NCBI GenBank assembly: GCA_013112535.1
Contig: JABFGI010000007.1
Location: 43,592 to 107,591 of the forward strand
Reading direction: 5' to 3'
Origin: Pseudomonadota bacterium
Lineage (GTDB): Bacteria > Pseudomonadota > Gammaproteobacteria > Eutrophobiales > Eutrophobiaceae
DNA: 64,000 nucleotides
In this document: piece by piece, positions 22,106 to 30,115 of the stretch
Numbering within the stretch: position 1 is the stretch's first letter
Layout: every line of letters starts with the position of its first letter
Program-made: the position numbers and the translations under genes
Notes under the pieces: generated by a model
Told to the model about the DNA's origin: nothing
The model's input: the letters and a program-made list of their open reading frames with translations, nothing else
The model's database searches: none

Positions 22106-22134
22106 TCAAATAAGATACTATATCAGCAGAAAGC

Positions 22135-22158
22135 ACATGATTCAATGGGATAGCCACC
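22135..22158. repeat. Right terminal inverted repeat (IRR)
   Basis: ACATGATTCAATGGGATAGCCACC; its reverse complement matches IRL at 19/24 positions. Confidence 0.8.
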
Positions 22159-22166
22159 CAGTTGAA
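22159..22166. repeat. Right copy of the 8-bp target-site duplication CAGTTGAA
   Basis: Identical to 19670-19677. Confidence 0.8.
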
Positions 22167-22216
22167 TAACTGATGAAATGGTTCGGAAAAGAATCCTCTA
22201 TTTATAAAAAGAAAAT

Positions 22217-22711
22217 TTACTTCGTGGCACGAAGCAAAGAAAAACTACTCGACGTTGAAATCAGTTTCTTACCACTGCCGTCGATGACACTGGCACTGAT
22301 ACTATGCGTCCCTCGGTCAACATTTTGTAACGAAACACTGCTACCGGAGCCAATTTCCTTGCCGTCCATTGAAATAATGATTTTATGCCCTGTTTGTAAT
22401 GCCGGCTCAAGTGAAAGAGAAATACTGACATTACCGTTATTACTCCTGATACCTGCACCATTTTCAGGACTGCTAACGGTTAAGCTTTCATATTGAAAAG
22501 CACTTTCTTCGGCTTGTTTTGGACTGGGTTTATATTTAGCTGGATTAGGGTTTTCTATTGTCTCTAATTTTTCAATTTTTATTTCTTCTGCTTCCTCAGA
22601 AGGTTTATCAGTAAAGATAATATTGCCGTCTTCATCCACTGACTTATAAACTGTTTCTGCGCCTAAACAGCCAACAAATACAACCAGAAGTAGAGATATA
22701 ATTAATTGCAT
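22217..22711 (-). CDS. Secreted DUF4124-like protein
   Basis: Signal peptide followed by the motif VYKSVDEDGNIIFTDKPS. C-terminal domain is paralogous to the next gene. Confidence 0.65.
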   Translation of the reverse strand: MQLIISLLLVVFVGCLGAETVYKSVDEDGNIIFTDKPSEEAEEIKIEKLETIENPNPAKYKPSPKQAEESAFQYESLTVSSPENGAGIRSNNGNVSISLSLEPALQTGHKIIISMDGKEIGSGSSVSLQNVDRGTHSISASVIDGSGKKLISTSSSFSLLRATK

Positions 22712-22749
22712 TCGTCTAGCATACCTTAGTTAATTACTCTCTAAAACCG

Positions 22750-23367
22750 TTACAAGGTAGGAATTTTCGGGATTTCGGGAGGAGTGTCGCTACCGGCTGG
22801 AGGTGTTATAACAGTGTTCCCATTATTAACATTGTCTTTGGCCCTGTTTTTAAATAATTTTGACTCCTTTCGAAGATGGAAAGTTGTTTGTTTTGAACGC
22901 TTTAATATTTTCTTATTTTCATTCTCTATTAAAGCTGCAATAGTATGAGAACCACGATCAATTCCCTGTAAAGATAACTGCAATGACTTTCCTGAACTCA
23001 CCTCTTTACCATCCATAAAAAAAACAATCATATGTTTGTCATCAAGCTCAGGTGTCATTTCCAGGCTAATATTAACGATACCTTCGTTACTTCTGATAGT
23101 GGAATCATGTTCAGGTAAAGTAACTTCAAAACGAGTATAGTTTAATTCTTCCGGCGATAACTTAGTTGCCCGCCTATTATCCAGTCTTTTAGGCTTTGGT
23201 ATGTTTATCGTCTGTGCTTCATCTATTATTATCTCTTCAGCACCTTCGCTTGGTACATCGGAAAATATAATATTACCTTCTGCATCTCGTGTTTTATAAA
23301 CTGTTTCAGAAGCAACAGATACAAACCAAATAACACTCACAATAATCAAAAGCAGTTTAATTTTCAT
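22750..23367 (-). CDS. Secreted DUF4124-like protein (tandem paralog)
   Basis: Signal peptide followed by VYKTRDAEGNIIFSDVPS. C-terminal block IRSNEGIVNISL...DRGSHTI parallels IRSNNGNVSISL...DRGTHSI in 22217-22711. Confidence 0.65.
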   Translation of the reverse strand: MKIKLLLIIVSVIWFVSVASETVYKTRDAEGNIIFSDVPSEGAEEIIIDEAQTINIPKPKRLDNRRATKLSPEELNYTRFEVTLPEHDSTIRSNEGIVNISLEMTPELDDKHMIVFFMDGKEVSSGKSLQLSLQGIDRGSHTIAALIENENKKILKRSKQTTFHLRKESKLFKNRAKDNVNNGNTVITPPAGSDTPPEIPKIPTL

Positions 23368-23619
23368 AGTTAATAGACTAGCACTAATGTATTGTAGTTC
23401 ATAAAAAAGCAGCTATTAAATCTACGTAATGTCTACTTTGTCTCAATTAGTTTATATATGCTTATATCACTAGTTTCATAACTATTATTTACTGTTTGTT
23501 ATGCTTCATCTGAATAAGTGTCTTATAATAAAAGCAAATAAGGCTTTAAATTTAACAATTTTAAAGCGACAAGTTCATTCTGAAAATGATAATCCGATAA
23601 ACAAAAAGGGTGTTTGTAC

Positions 23620-24573
23620 ATGACAACTTTTCCAGAATTACCACGTGATGAATATGACATTATTTATCTGGAAAATACGGATAAAGAACTACCTACCAAA
23701 CTTAATCAAAGTACCCGTTACGCCTATTTCAAGACCATTGCTAAAGGCGGAAAAGCTTTGGTCCAATCTTGTAAAGACTTACATTTATCCCGTGTTATTT
23801 GTTATAAAAAACTCCGCAGTGAATTTGCAGATGACCCGATAGAAAATAAACGTTTCTTACGAGAAGCGCGCGTCAGTGCTTTATTACAGCATCCCAACAC
23901 CATTCCGATGTATGAACTGGGTCGTGAGGCGAACGGACATTACTATTTCACCATGAAACTTGTACATGGCTATACCCTACGAGAAGTCCTGGACTATCGA
24001 GAACGTTACGATTTAACACAATTAATTAATGTACTTAAACAGGTTGCTCACGCACTGGAATATGCGCACAGTCACCATGTTATTCATCGGGATATTAAAC
24101 CGGAAAATATTCTGGTTGGCCCCTTTGGTGAAGTACTATTAATGGACTGGGGTCTGGCGAAAGTATGGAATCCGGATGGCACTAGTGCCGATGTCCCGGA
24201 TAAACCAAAAACAATATCTAAAAAGAAAGTATCATCATTCACTGATTTAGAGAAATTGCAGGGAACAATTTCCTATATGTCTCCAGAGCAAATTCAAAGA
24301 GATCCGGATATCGACTTTAGAACAGACATCTATAGTCTGGGTGCAGTATTGTTCGAGATATTGGCAGGACGCCCTCCGTCAATTGAAGAGACCGTCGATA
24401 AACTTATCGAGGAAACATTGAACGTAATACCACCAAAACCTTCAAGTCTGACCAAGGTTCGCGTCCCTGAGTTGTTAGAAGATGTCGCCATGCGATGCAT
24501 TGCTAAATCTGTGGATAATAGAATACAGAGCTGCTCAGAACTTGTTCGGCTTCTTGAAGAGGATTGGAATTAA
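23620..24573 (+). CDS. Hanks-type serine/threonine protein kinase (kinase domain only)
   Basis: HRDIKPENIL, DWGLAK and SYMSPEQ motifs. ATG at 23620 preferred over the TTG at 23614. Confidence 0.85.
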   Translation: MTTFPELPRDEYDIIYLENTDKELPTKLNQSTRYAYFKTIAKGGKALVQSCKDLHLSRVICYKKLRSEFADDPIENKRFLREARVSALLQHPNTIPMYELGREANGHYYFTMKLVHGYTLREVLDYRERYDLTQLINVLKQVAHALEYAHSHHVIHRDIKPENILVGPFGEVLLMDWGLAKVWNPDGTSADVPDKPKTISKKKVSSFTDLEKLQGTISYMSPEQIQRDPDIDFRTDIYSLGAVLFEILAGRPPSIEETVDKLIEETLNVIPPKPSSLTKVRVPELLEDVAMRCIAKSVDNRIQSCSELVRLLEEDWN

Positions 24574-24628
24574 TACCATAAAGCTAGCGCACCATATTAG
24601 AGCGTTAATTTGACGCTTGTACTGTTTT

Positions 24629-24645
24629 TGCACTATTTTTGTGCA
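24629..24645 (+). promoter_or_regulatory. NtrC-type enhancer palindrome TGCAC-N7-GTGCA
   Basis: TGCACTATTTTTGTGCA, about 165 bp upstream of the sigma-54 promoter. A weaker related site lies at about 24588-24604 (CGCACCATATTAGAGCG). Confidence 0.55.
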
Positions 24646-24808
24646 TTTTTATTTTTTTTGTATTAATAATTTTGACCAAATACTTCGATATTTCATTCAA
24701 ATAAATTTAACTAAAAGCCTTATAAATATCTAAATTTTAGGCGAAAATTAATATTTGTATATTATTAATAATTTCCGTAAAACAGTGATTGGAATATTTG
24801 CCCAAGAT

Positions 24809-24824
24809 TGGAACACATATTGCA
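24809..24824 (+). promoter_or_regulatory. Sigma-54 (-24/-12) promoter
   Basis: TGGAAC-ACATA-TTGCA. The GG and GC elements have the canonical spacing. Lies about 70 nt upstream of the GSII start. Confidence 0.65.
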
Positions 24825-24892
24825 ATTTCTGAGTTCTACAAACTTAAGTGGGTCCAGTAACTAATAGAAAAATGGTGGGAGATAAATAAATC

Positions 24893-25906
24893 ATGAAAAG
24901 TAAGTTGGAATATATTTGGCTTGATGGATCAGAGCCAACTCAAGGTCTACGTAGTAAAACAATGGTTAGATCTGATTTTAACGGTAATTTGGAAGATGCA
25001 CCTGTATGGTGTTTTGATGGTAGCTCTACAGAACAGGCGGAAGGTAACTCATCGGACTGTTTGCTAAAACCAGTCGCGGTTTTTCCTGATCCGGATCGAA
25101 GAAATGCCTACCTGGTTATGACGGAAGTACTTAACGCAGACGGAACGCCACACACATCAAACGGTCGAGCCACAATAGACGAAGCAGATGATGATGATGA
25201 CTTTTGGTTTGGTTTTGAGCAAGAGTACTTCTTGTGGGATCCAGACACTAACTTACCTCCAGGTTTCCCACATCGTGGTTATCCTAAGCCTCAAGGCCCT
25301 TACTATTGTTCAGTTGGTGCTGAAAATGCTTATGCCAGAGAAGTTATCGAAGAACATCTTGATTTCTGTATTGATGCAGGTATTAACATTGAAGGTATTA
25401 ACGCTGAAGTGGCTGCAGGCCAATGGGAATTTCAAATCTTCGCTAAGGGAGCTAAACGTGCCGGTGATGAAATCTGGGTAGCCAGGTATCTTCTTGAGCG
25501 CACCGCTGAGAAATTCAATCTGGGTGTTGAATGGCATCCAAAACCGTTAGGCGATACAGACTGGAATGGTTCAGGTATGCACGCAAACTTTTCAAATGGC
25601 GTAATGCGCGAATCAGGAAATGAGGAAACCTTTACCAAAATTTGTGAATCGTTCGGTAAAAATATTTCACGACATATTTCCGTTTACGGCGCTCATAACG
25701 AAGAACGCCTGACTGGTAAGCATGAAACTCAATCTATAGACGAGTTCAGTTATGGTGTATCTGATCGCGGTGCATCCATACGTATACCTATCGGTACTGT
25801 AGAAGATGGTTGGAAAGGACGTTTGGAAGATCGTCGTCCTTCTTCAAATGCTGATCCTTATAAAGTCGCAGCAGCAATCGTTAAATCAACAAACGAAGCT
25901 GGCTAA
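24893..25906 (+). CDS. glnII: Glutamine synthetase type II (eukaryote-like GSII)
   Basis: 337 aa. Motifs KLEYIWLDG, FDGSSTEQA, GFEQEYF, NAEVAAGQWEFQI, GSGMHANFS. Confidence 0.88.
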   Translation: MKSKLEYIWLDGSEPTQGLRSKTMVRSDFNGNLEDAPVWCFDGSSTEQAEGNSSDCLLKPVAVFPDPDRRNAYLVMTEVLNADGTPHTSNGRATIDEADDDDDFWFGFEQEYFLWDPDTNLPPGFPHRGYPKPQGPYYCSVGAENAYAREVIEEHLDFCIDAGINIEGINAEVAAGQWEFQIFAKGAKRAGDEIWVARYLLERTAEKFNLGVEWHPKPLGDTDWNGSGMHANFSNGVMRESGNEETFTKICESFGKNISRHISVYGAHNEERLTGKHETQSIDEFSYGVSDRGASIRIPIGTVEDGWKGRLEDRRPSSNADPYKVAAAIVKSTNEAG

Positions 25907-25933
25907 TTAAAGATTAAGCGAAGTAAAAACAAG

Positions 25934-25967
25934 GCCGAAGTTAGAGATATCTAACTTCGGCTTTTTT
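25934..25967 (+). terminator. Rho-independent terminator
   Basis: GCCGAAGTTAG-loop-CTAACTTCGGC (11-bp stem) followed by TTTTTTATTT. Confidence 0.85.
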
Positions 25968-26011
25968 ATTTCCATGGCGGTCGTATGCAGTGAGAGAACC
26001 GACTATAAAAA

Positions 26012-26680
26012 CTATTTACTACTTATCGTTAAATGCCGATCAGAAACCACTAAAACATTAAACCCTTCAAGCCCCACAGCACTTAATTGAGAAATAACTT
26101 CATCAGGTGTAAATGCCGCTTTTAATGAATTATGAAAATCGCGCTGTAATACTTCCGGCTCGTCCTTAGCATACTTATTTGTAAGTGCATCCACCTCTGC
26201 ATCCGAACCCGGTCGCATCAGATCCATAATAAAAACCGAAGGGTCTCCTTTTGCGCTTTTAATCGCATTCCATAACACCATTGGATCATGCAAGTGGTGC
26301 AATAAACTATTACTGAAAATAAGATCGTAATTTCTATCAGCTAATGTTGTTTCTTGCAAATACGCGTGAATAAGATTAATTCGTTGCGTTAAACCAGAAG
26401 TATTAACCGCCTTTACACCTTCAGCTAACATCGCTTCGGCACCATCCAACGCATCGATCTGATAAGCTGAATATACCTTGGCAAAGCGAATACTAATATC
26501 CGCTGCCCCACAGCCCAAATCAACCGCCAAACCAGATTCAGGTATAACATGACCGACAGATTCTTTTAACAACTCTATGAAATGATTATGCGGTTCCTCA
26601 AAGTCTGCGTTCGCATAAGCGATAGCTTGTTCTTCATCGGTCATTAACTCTGCTTCAGGAATGCGTTTCATAATAGTCAT
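26012..26680 (-). CDS. Class I SAM-dependent methyltransferase
   Basis: Motif I VDLGCGAADIS, plus the post-I and motif II spacing typical of Methyltransf_11/25-type proteins. Confidence 0.75.
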   Translation of the reverse strand: MTIMKRIPEAELMTDEEQAIAYANADFEEPHNHFIELLKESVGHVIPESGLAVDLGCGAADISIRFAKVYSAYQIDALDGAEAMLAEGVKAVNTSGLTQRINLIHAYLQETTLADRNYDLIFSNSLLHHLHDPMVLWNAIKSAKGDPSVFIMDLMRPGSDAEVDALTNKYAKDEPEVLQRDFHNSLKAAFTPDEVISQLSAVGLEGFNVLVVSDRHLTISSK

Positions 26681-26688
26681 TCAACGAT

Positions 26689-26985
26689 TTAAACTTCAGT
26701 ACGAGTAATCCAATATCCAGGCTCTCGACGTTGATGAGCAACTGCAACGACTAATATTGAATCAATATCAATTTCATATAAAACGGCAAAAGGAAAACGT
26801 CTAACCAGTTTTCTTCTAATATTGTTACGTACTTTTGAAGATGCTTTCGGGGATTCTGAAATGAGACCGCACGTTTTACGAACTTCATGGATAAAAGCGA
26901 TACCTAATCCTGAGCTTTGTTGCTGGTAATAGGAACTTGCCTGAATAATTTCTTCTTCTGCTTCCTGCAGAAAATTAACAATCAT
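26689..26985 (-). CDS. RelE/ParE-family type II toxin
   Basis: 98 aa. The pattern RRFPFAVLYEI...ILVVAVAHQRREPGYW is typical of ParE/RelE toxins. Overlaps the antitoxin stop by 1 nt. Confidence 0.75.
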   Translation of the reverse strand: MIVNFLQEAEEEIIQASSYYQQQSSGLGIAFIHEVRKTCGLISESPKASSKVRNNIRRKLVRRFPFAVLYEIDIDSILVVAVAHQRREPGYWITRTEV

Positions 26986-27215
26986 CAGCTAAATTTCTGT
27001 TCTATCTCAGAAAAGATTTCCTCAGCAGACCGCGCGGTAGTCTTCCCTGAACGATAATCTGATAGTCGACGTTCGGCTTCATCCAACCATTGCTGTTCGA
27101 CATCCTGATCTTTCCCTAAATCAAGACCTGCAATTAAACGCCTCACAAGATGAGCACGCTCTTGCGTAGACAAGTTCAGCGCTGCTTTCTCAATATCACC
27201 AATTTCTTTATCCAT
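26985..27215 (-). CDS. Addiction-module antitoxin (TIGR02574-like)
   Basis: 76 aa. The motif LSTQERAHLVRRLIAGLD...WLDEAERRLSDYRSG is characteristic of this antitoxin family. Confidence 0.7.
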   Translation of the reverse strand: MDKEIGDIEKAALNLSTQERAHLVRRLIAGLDLGKDQDVEQQWLDEAERRLSDYRSGKTTARSAEEIFSEIEQKFS

Positions 27216-27259
27216 ATTAAAACTCTAGTATTTATACAATTAATCGTCAATTACTTAAC

Positions 27260-27730
27260 TTAATATTGATTAAAAACCTGAATGTTCCCTTTTTTATCAA
27301 TAGCAACAACCGAATAATTATCCACGCGATCACCCATCTCCATACCGGGAGAACCTACCGGCATACCCGGAACGGATAAACCAAGCACATCAGGCTTTTC
27401 AGATAATAAACGCTTCACATCATCAGCAGGAACATGACCTTCTACGAAATAACCATCGACAACAGCAGTATGACAACTTGCTAACTCACGATTAATACCG
27501 TACTTTTGTTTAATAATATTCATCTCAAGCAAATCAACCGCGCTGATCTTGAAACCGTTCTCTTCCATGTGTGTAATCCACTTACCACAACAACCACATG
27601 TGGGTGACTTATAAACCGTCATCTCTGGTTCGGCATTAACGCTCTGCATAAAAATAAATCCACCAAAAGCAGATATAACAATTGAGAAGATAATTCCAAT
27701 AAACGTTTTATTTTTAATCATATTGAACAT
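27260..27730 (-). CDS. DUF411 (CopG-like) periplasmic metal-binding protein
   Basis: Signal/TM segment, a CGCC motif, and MPxGSPGME. Confidence 0.75.
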   Translation of the reverse strand: MFNMIKNKTFIGIIFSIVISAFGGFIFMQSVNAEPEMTVYKSPTCGCCGKWITHMEENGFKISAVDLLEMNIIKQKYGINRELASCHTAVVDGYFVEGHVPADDVKRLLSEKPDVLGLSVPGMPVGSPGMEMGDRVDNYSVVAIDKKGNIQVFNQY

Positions 27731-27813
27731 ATTAGTTATTTGAGTATGTGTTGTATATTAAGTTTTATATAAATCAAGACTTAATTGAATATTATAAGTT
27801 TATTTTAAGATTA

Positions 27814-27876
27814 GTTTCGCTTAAACAGCGAGGTACTTCTTTTTAAAAAGAAGCACCTCGCCGCTTTAGGCGAAAC
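27814..27876. repeat. 63-bp imperfect palindrome (REP/MITE-like)
   Basis: GTTTCGC...CGAGGTACTTCTTTTT | AAAAAGAAGCACCTCG...GCGAAAC. About 26 of 31 arm positions pair. Confidence 0.6.
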
Positions 27877-27911
27877 CAATTTCAAAAAAGACTATTGATA
27901 ATATGAACTGG

Positions 27912-27931
27912 ATTCCCGCCGCCGCGGGAAT
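27912..27931. repeat. GC-rich REP-like hairpin ATTCCCGC-CGCC-GCGGGAAT
   Basis: 8-bp stem with a 4-nt loop, immediately downstream of lysA. No U-tract on the lysA strand. Confidence 0.55.
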
Positions 27932-27945
27932 GACAAAGGAAGAAT

Positions 27946-29199
27946 TTATTTAGGTAACAAAGACTCACCATTCATTAATTCATCAACCGTCTCTCGTCTA
28001 CGAATTTCATGAATCTGATCACCATCAACCATGATCTCAGCAACTCGCGGTCGCGAGTTATAATTCGATGCCATGGTAAAACCATAGGCACCTGCAGAAC
28101 AGACCGCTAATAAATCACCATGTTCTAAACGTAACAAACGATCTTTACCAAGAAAGTCACCTGTTTCACAGACAGGACCAACAACATCATAGTTGGCTTC
28201 TTCCGCATCGGAAACTTCTTTAACACTTTTAATGTCGTGCCAACCGTCATATAACGATGGACGGATCAGATCATTCATTGCTGCATCAACAATGGCGAAG
28301 TTATGATCTTCCGATTTATTCAGGTATTCAACTTGCGTTAATAACACACCTGCATTACCAACAATACTTCGTCCTGGTTCAATAACGAGTTCTATGCTTT
28401 TGTCATTTAGCGTTTTAATAATTGTTTGAATATAATCACTTCTTGCTGGAGGCTCTTCACCTTCATAATTAATACCTAAACCACCCCCCAGATCGATATG
28501 TTCGAATGTAATTTCCAGTTGTTTTAAATCTTCAATCAACTCCAGCACTTTTAACAATGCATCTTTAAATGGTTCCAATGTCGTAATTTGAGAGCCAATA
28601 TGACAATCTATACCTTTAATAGTGATATTAGGTAATGCAGAAGCAAGTTCATATGCAGCAATTGCATTTTGAAATGCGATACCAAATTTATTGTCTTTTA
28701 AACCGGTGGCAATATAAGGATGAGTATTCGCATCTACATCAGGATTAACCCGCAGTGATACTGGCGCGTGATGGATATGCATTTCTCCAGCAACTTCATT
28801 AAGACGAATTAATTCATTAACTGATTCAACATTAAAGCATTTTATGCCTGCCCGAAGTGCGGCTTTCATTTCATCTTCACGTTTACCCACACCGGAGAAA
28901 ACGATCTTGTCCGGTCTGCCACCGGCACGAAGCACGCGCTCCATTTCACCCACAGAGACAATGTCAAAACCCGCCCCCAGTTTTGCCAAAACATTCAACA
29001 CACCAATATTCGAGTTTGCTTTTACTGCATAGCAAACCAGATGCTTTTGTGTTTTTAAAGCCTGATCAAATTCACGCCAGCTTGTTTCGATGGCATTGCG
29101 TGAATAGACATAACATGGCGTACCATATTGCTTGGCAATTTCTGCCAAAGAAACACCTTCGGCATGCAGAAAGCCGTTCTGATAATTAAACTCAGACAT
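27946..29199 (-). CDS. lysA: Diaminopimelate decarboxylase
   Basis: Conserved LysA sequence (YAVKANSN PLP-Lys region, GGGLGI, CETGD). Confidence 0.95.
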   Translation of the reverse strand: MSEFNYQNGFLHAEGVSLAEIAKQYGTPCYVYSRNAIETSWREFDQALKTQKHLVCYAVKANSNIGVLNVLAKLGAGFDIVSVGEMERVLRAGGRPDKIVFSGVGKREDEMKAALRAGIKCFNVESVNELIRLNEVAGEMHIHHAPVSLRVNPDVDANTHPYIATGLKDNKFGIAFQNAIAAYELASALPNITIKGIDCHIGSQITTLEPFKDALLKVLELIEDLKQLEITFEHIDLGGGLGINYEGEEPPARSDYIQTIIKTLNDKSIELVIEPGRSIVGNAGVLLTQVEYLNKSEDHNFAIVDAAMNDLIRPSLYDGWHDIKSVKEVSDAEEANYDVVGPVCETGDFLGKDRLLRLEHGDLLAVCSAGAYGFTMASNYNSRPRVAEIMVDGDQIHEIRRRETVDELMNGESLLPK

Positions 29200-29204
29200 G
29201 GAAA

Positions 29205-29354
29205 TCAGACGATACTGGTATAATCCGCAGCGGATAGACTAACATTGTCAGGAGGTAAATAAAGATCTCCTTTTTGGCCACATGCAGAGACACAGGACAA
29301 AACTGACAGTATTATCCCGACTTTGAATAATTTAATTTTAATTGCTCTGCTCAT
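29205..29354 (-). CDS. lptM: Small lipoprotein LptM/YifL-like (49 aa)
   Basis: Hand translation gives MSRAIKIKLFKVGIILSVLSCVSACGQKGDLYLPP..., with a lipobox (VSAC) followed by GQKGxLYLP. Lies directly upstream of lysA, as in many Gammaproteobacteria. Confidence 0.65.
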   Translation of the reverse strand: MSRAIKIKLFKVGIILSVLSCVSACGQKGDLYLPPDNVSLSAADYTSIV

Positions 29355-29449
29355 CTCGTGTCCCCCTTGAGACATGTGATACTGATCTGTGAAGTACTGA
29401 GCATAACAAATTATCTGTTGCTAAAAAATAAAAAAGGACAAGAACCACT

Positions 29450-30115
29450 ATGTCATTCGAACAAGATGCCGTTATTATTGAACCCAGGAATGAACACAAA
29501 GCCAGTGTTATCTGGTTACATGGATTAGGCGCTGATGGTCACGATTTTGAAGCTATCGTGCCAGAATTGAATCTGGATCCTGATTTAGGAATTCACTTTA
29601 TTTTCCCCAATGCTCCCTTTCACCCTGTAACGATTAATGGCGGCATGGTTATGCGTGCCTGGTATGACGTTAAATCTCCAAATCTTCGCGAGATGGAAGA
29701 CGTTGAATCAATAAACGCGTCACACGAACTGATTAATCACTATATTGATGCAGAAATTGAACGGGGGGTACCCGCTAATAAAATTATACTGGCCGGCTTT
29801 TCACAAGGTGGTGCTATTACTTTGCATACCGGTTTACGTCGTCCGGAAGCCCTGGCAGGTCTATTAGCATTATCAACGTATTTACCGGTATCTGATTTGC
29901 TTGATGATGAAGCTTCAAGTAACAGAGATATCCCTATCATGATGGCGCATGGTATCGCTGATCCGGTTATCCCGGTCGATCAAGGTCGTTCATCATGCCA
30001 GGCACTAAAAGACAAAGGCTATTCAGTTGAGTGGCATGAATACATGATGCAGCATGCCGTTTGTCTTGAAGAAATTAATGCAATAGCCGATTGGATTAGA
30101 AAAGTTTTAACTTAA
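29450..30115 (+). CDS. Carboxylesterase / phospholipase family alpha-beta hydrolase
   Basis: GFSQGG nucleophile elbow; Asp and His are in the expected order; about 220 aa. Confidence 0.8.
   Translation: MSFEQDAVIIEPRNEHKASVIWLHGLGADGHDFEAIVPELNLDPDLGIHFIFPNAPFHPVTINGGMVMRAWYDVKSPNLREMEDVESINASHELINHYIDAEIERGVPANKIILAGFSQGGAITLHTGLRRPEALAGLLALSTYLPVSDLLDDEASSNRDIPIMMAHGIADPVIPVDQGRSSCQALKDKGYSVEWHEYMMQHAVCLEEINAIADWIRKVLT

Larger units (their letters stand above)
19678..22158 (+). mobile_element. IS1595-family transposon (2,481 bp) carrying passenger genes
   Basis: IRL is GGTGTTTATCCCCTTGCGTCATGT. The reverse complement of IRR is GGTGGCTATCCCATTGAATCATGT (19/24 identical). Perfect 8-bp flanking direct repeat. 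Intact ISXO2-like DDE transposase inside. Confidence 0.85.

Noticed and set aside
22173-22496. 107-aa plus-strand ORF
   Set aside because: It lies entirely antisense to the DUF4124-like gene, which has a signal peptide and a tandem paralog supporting the minus-strand reading.
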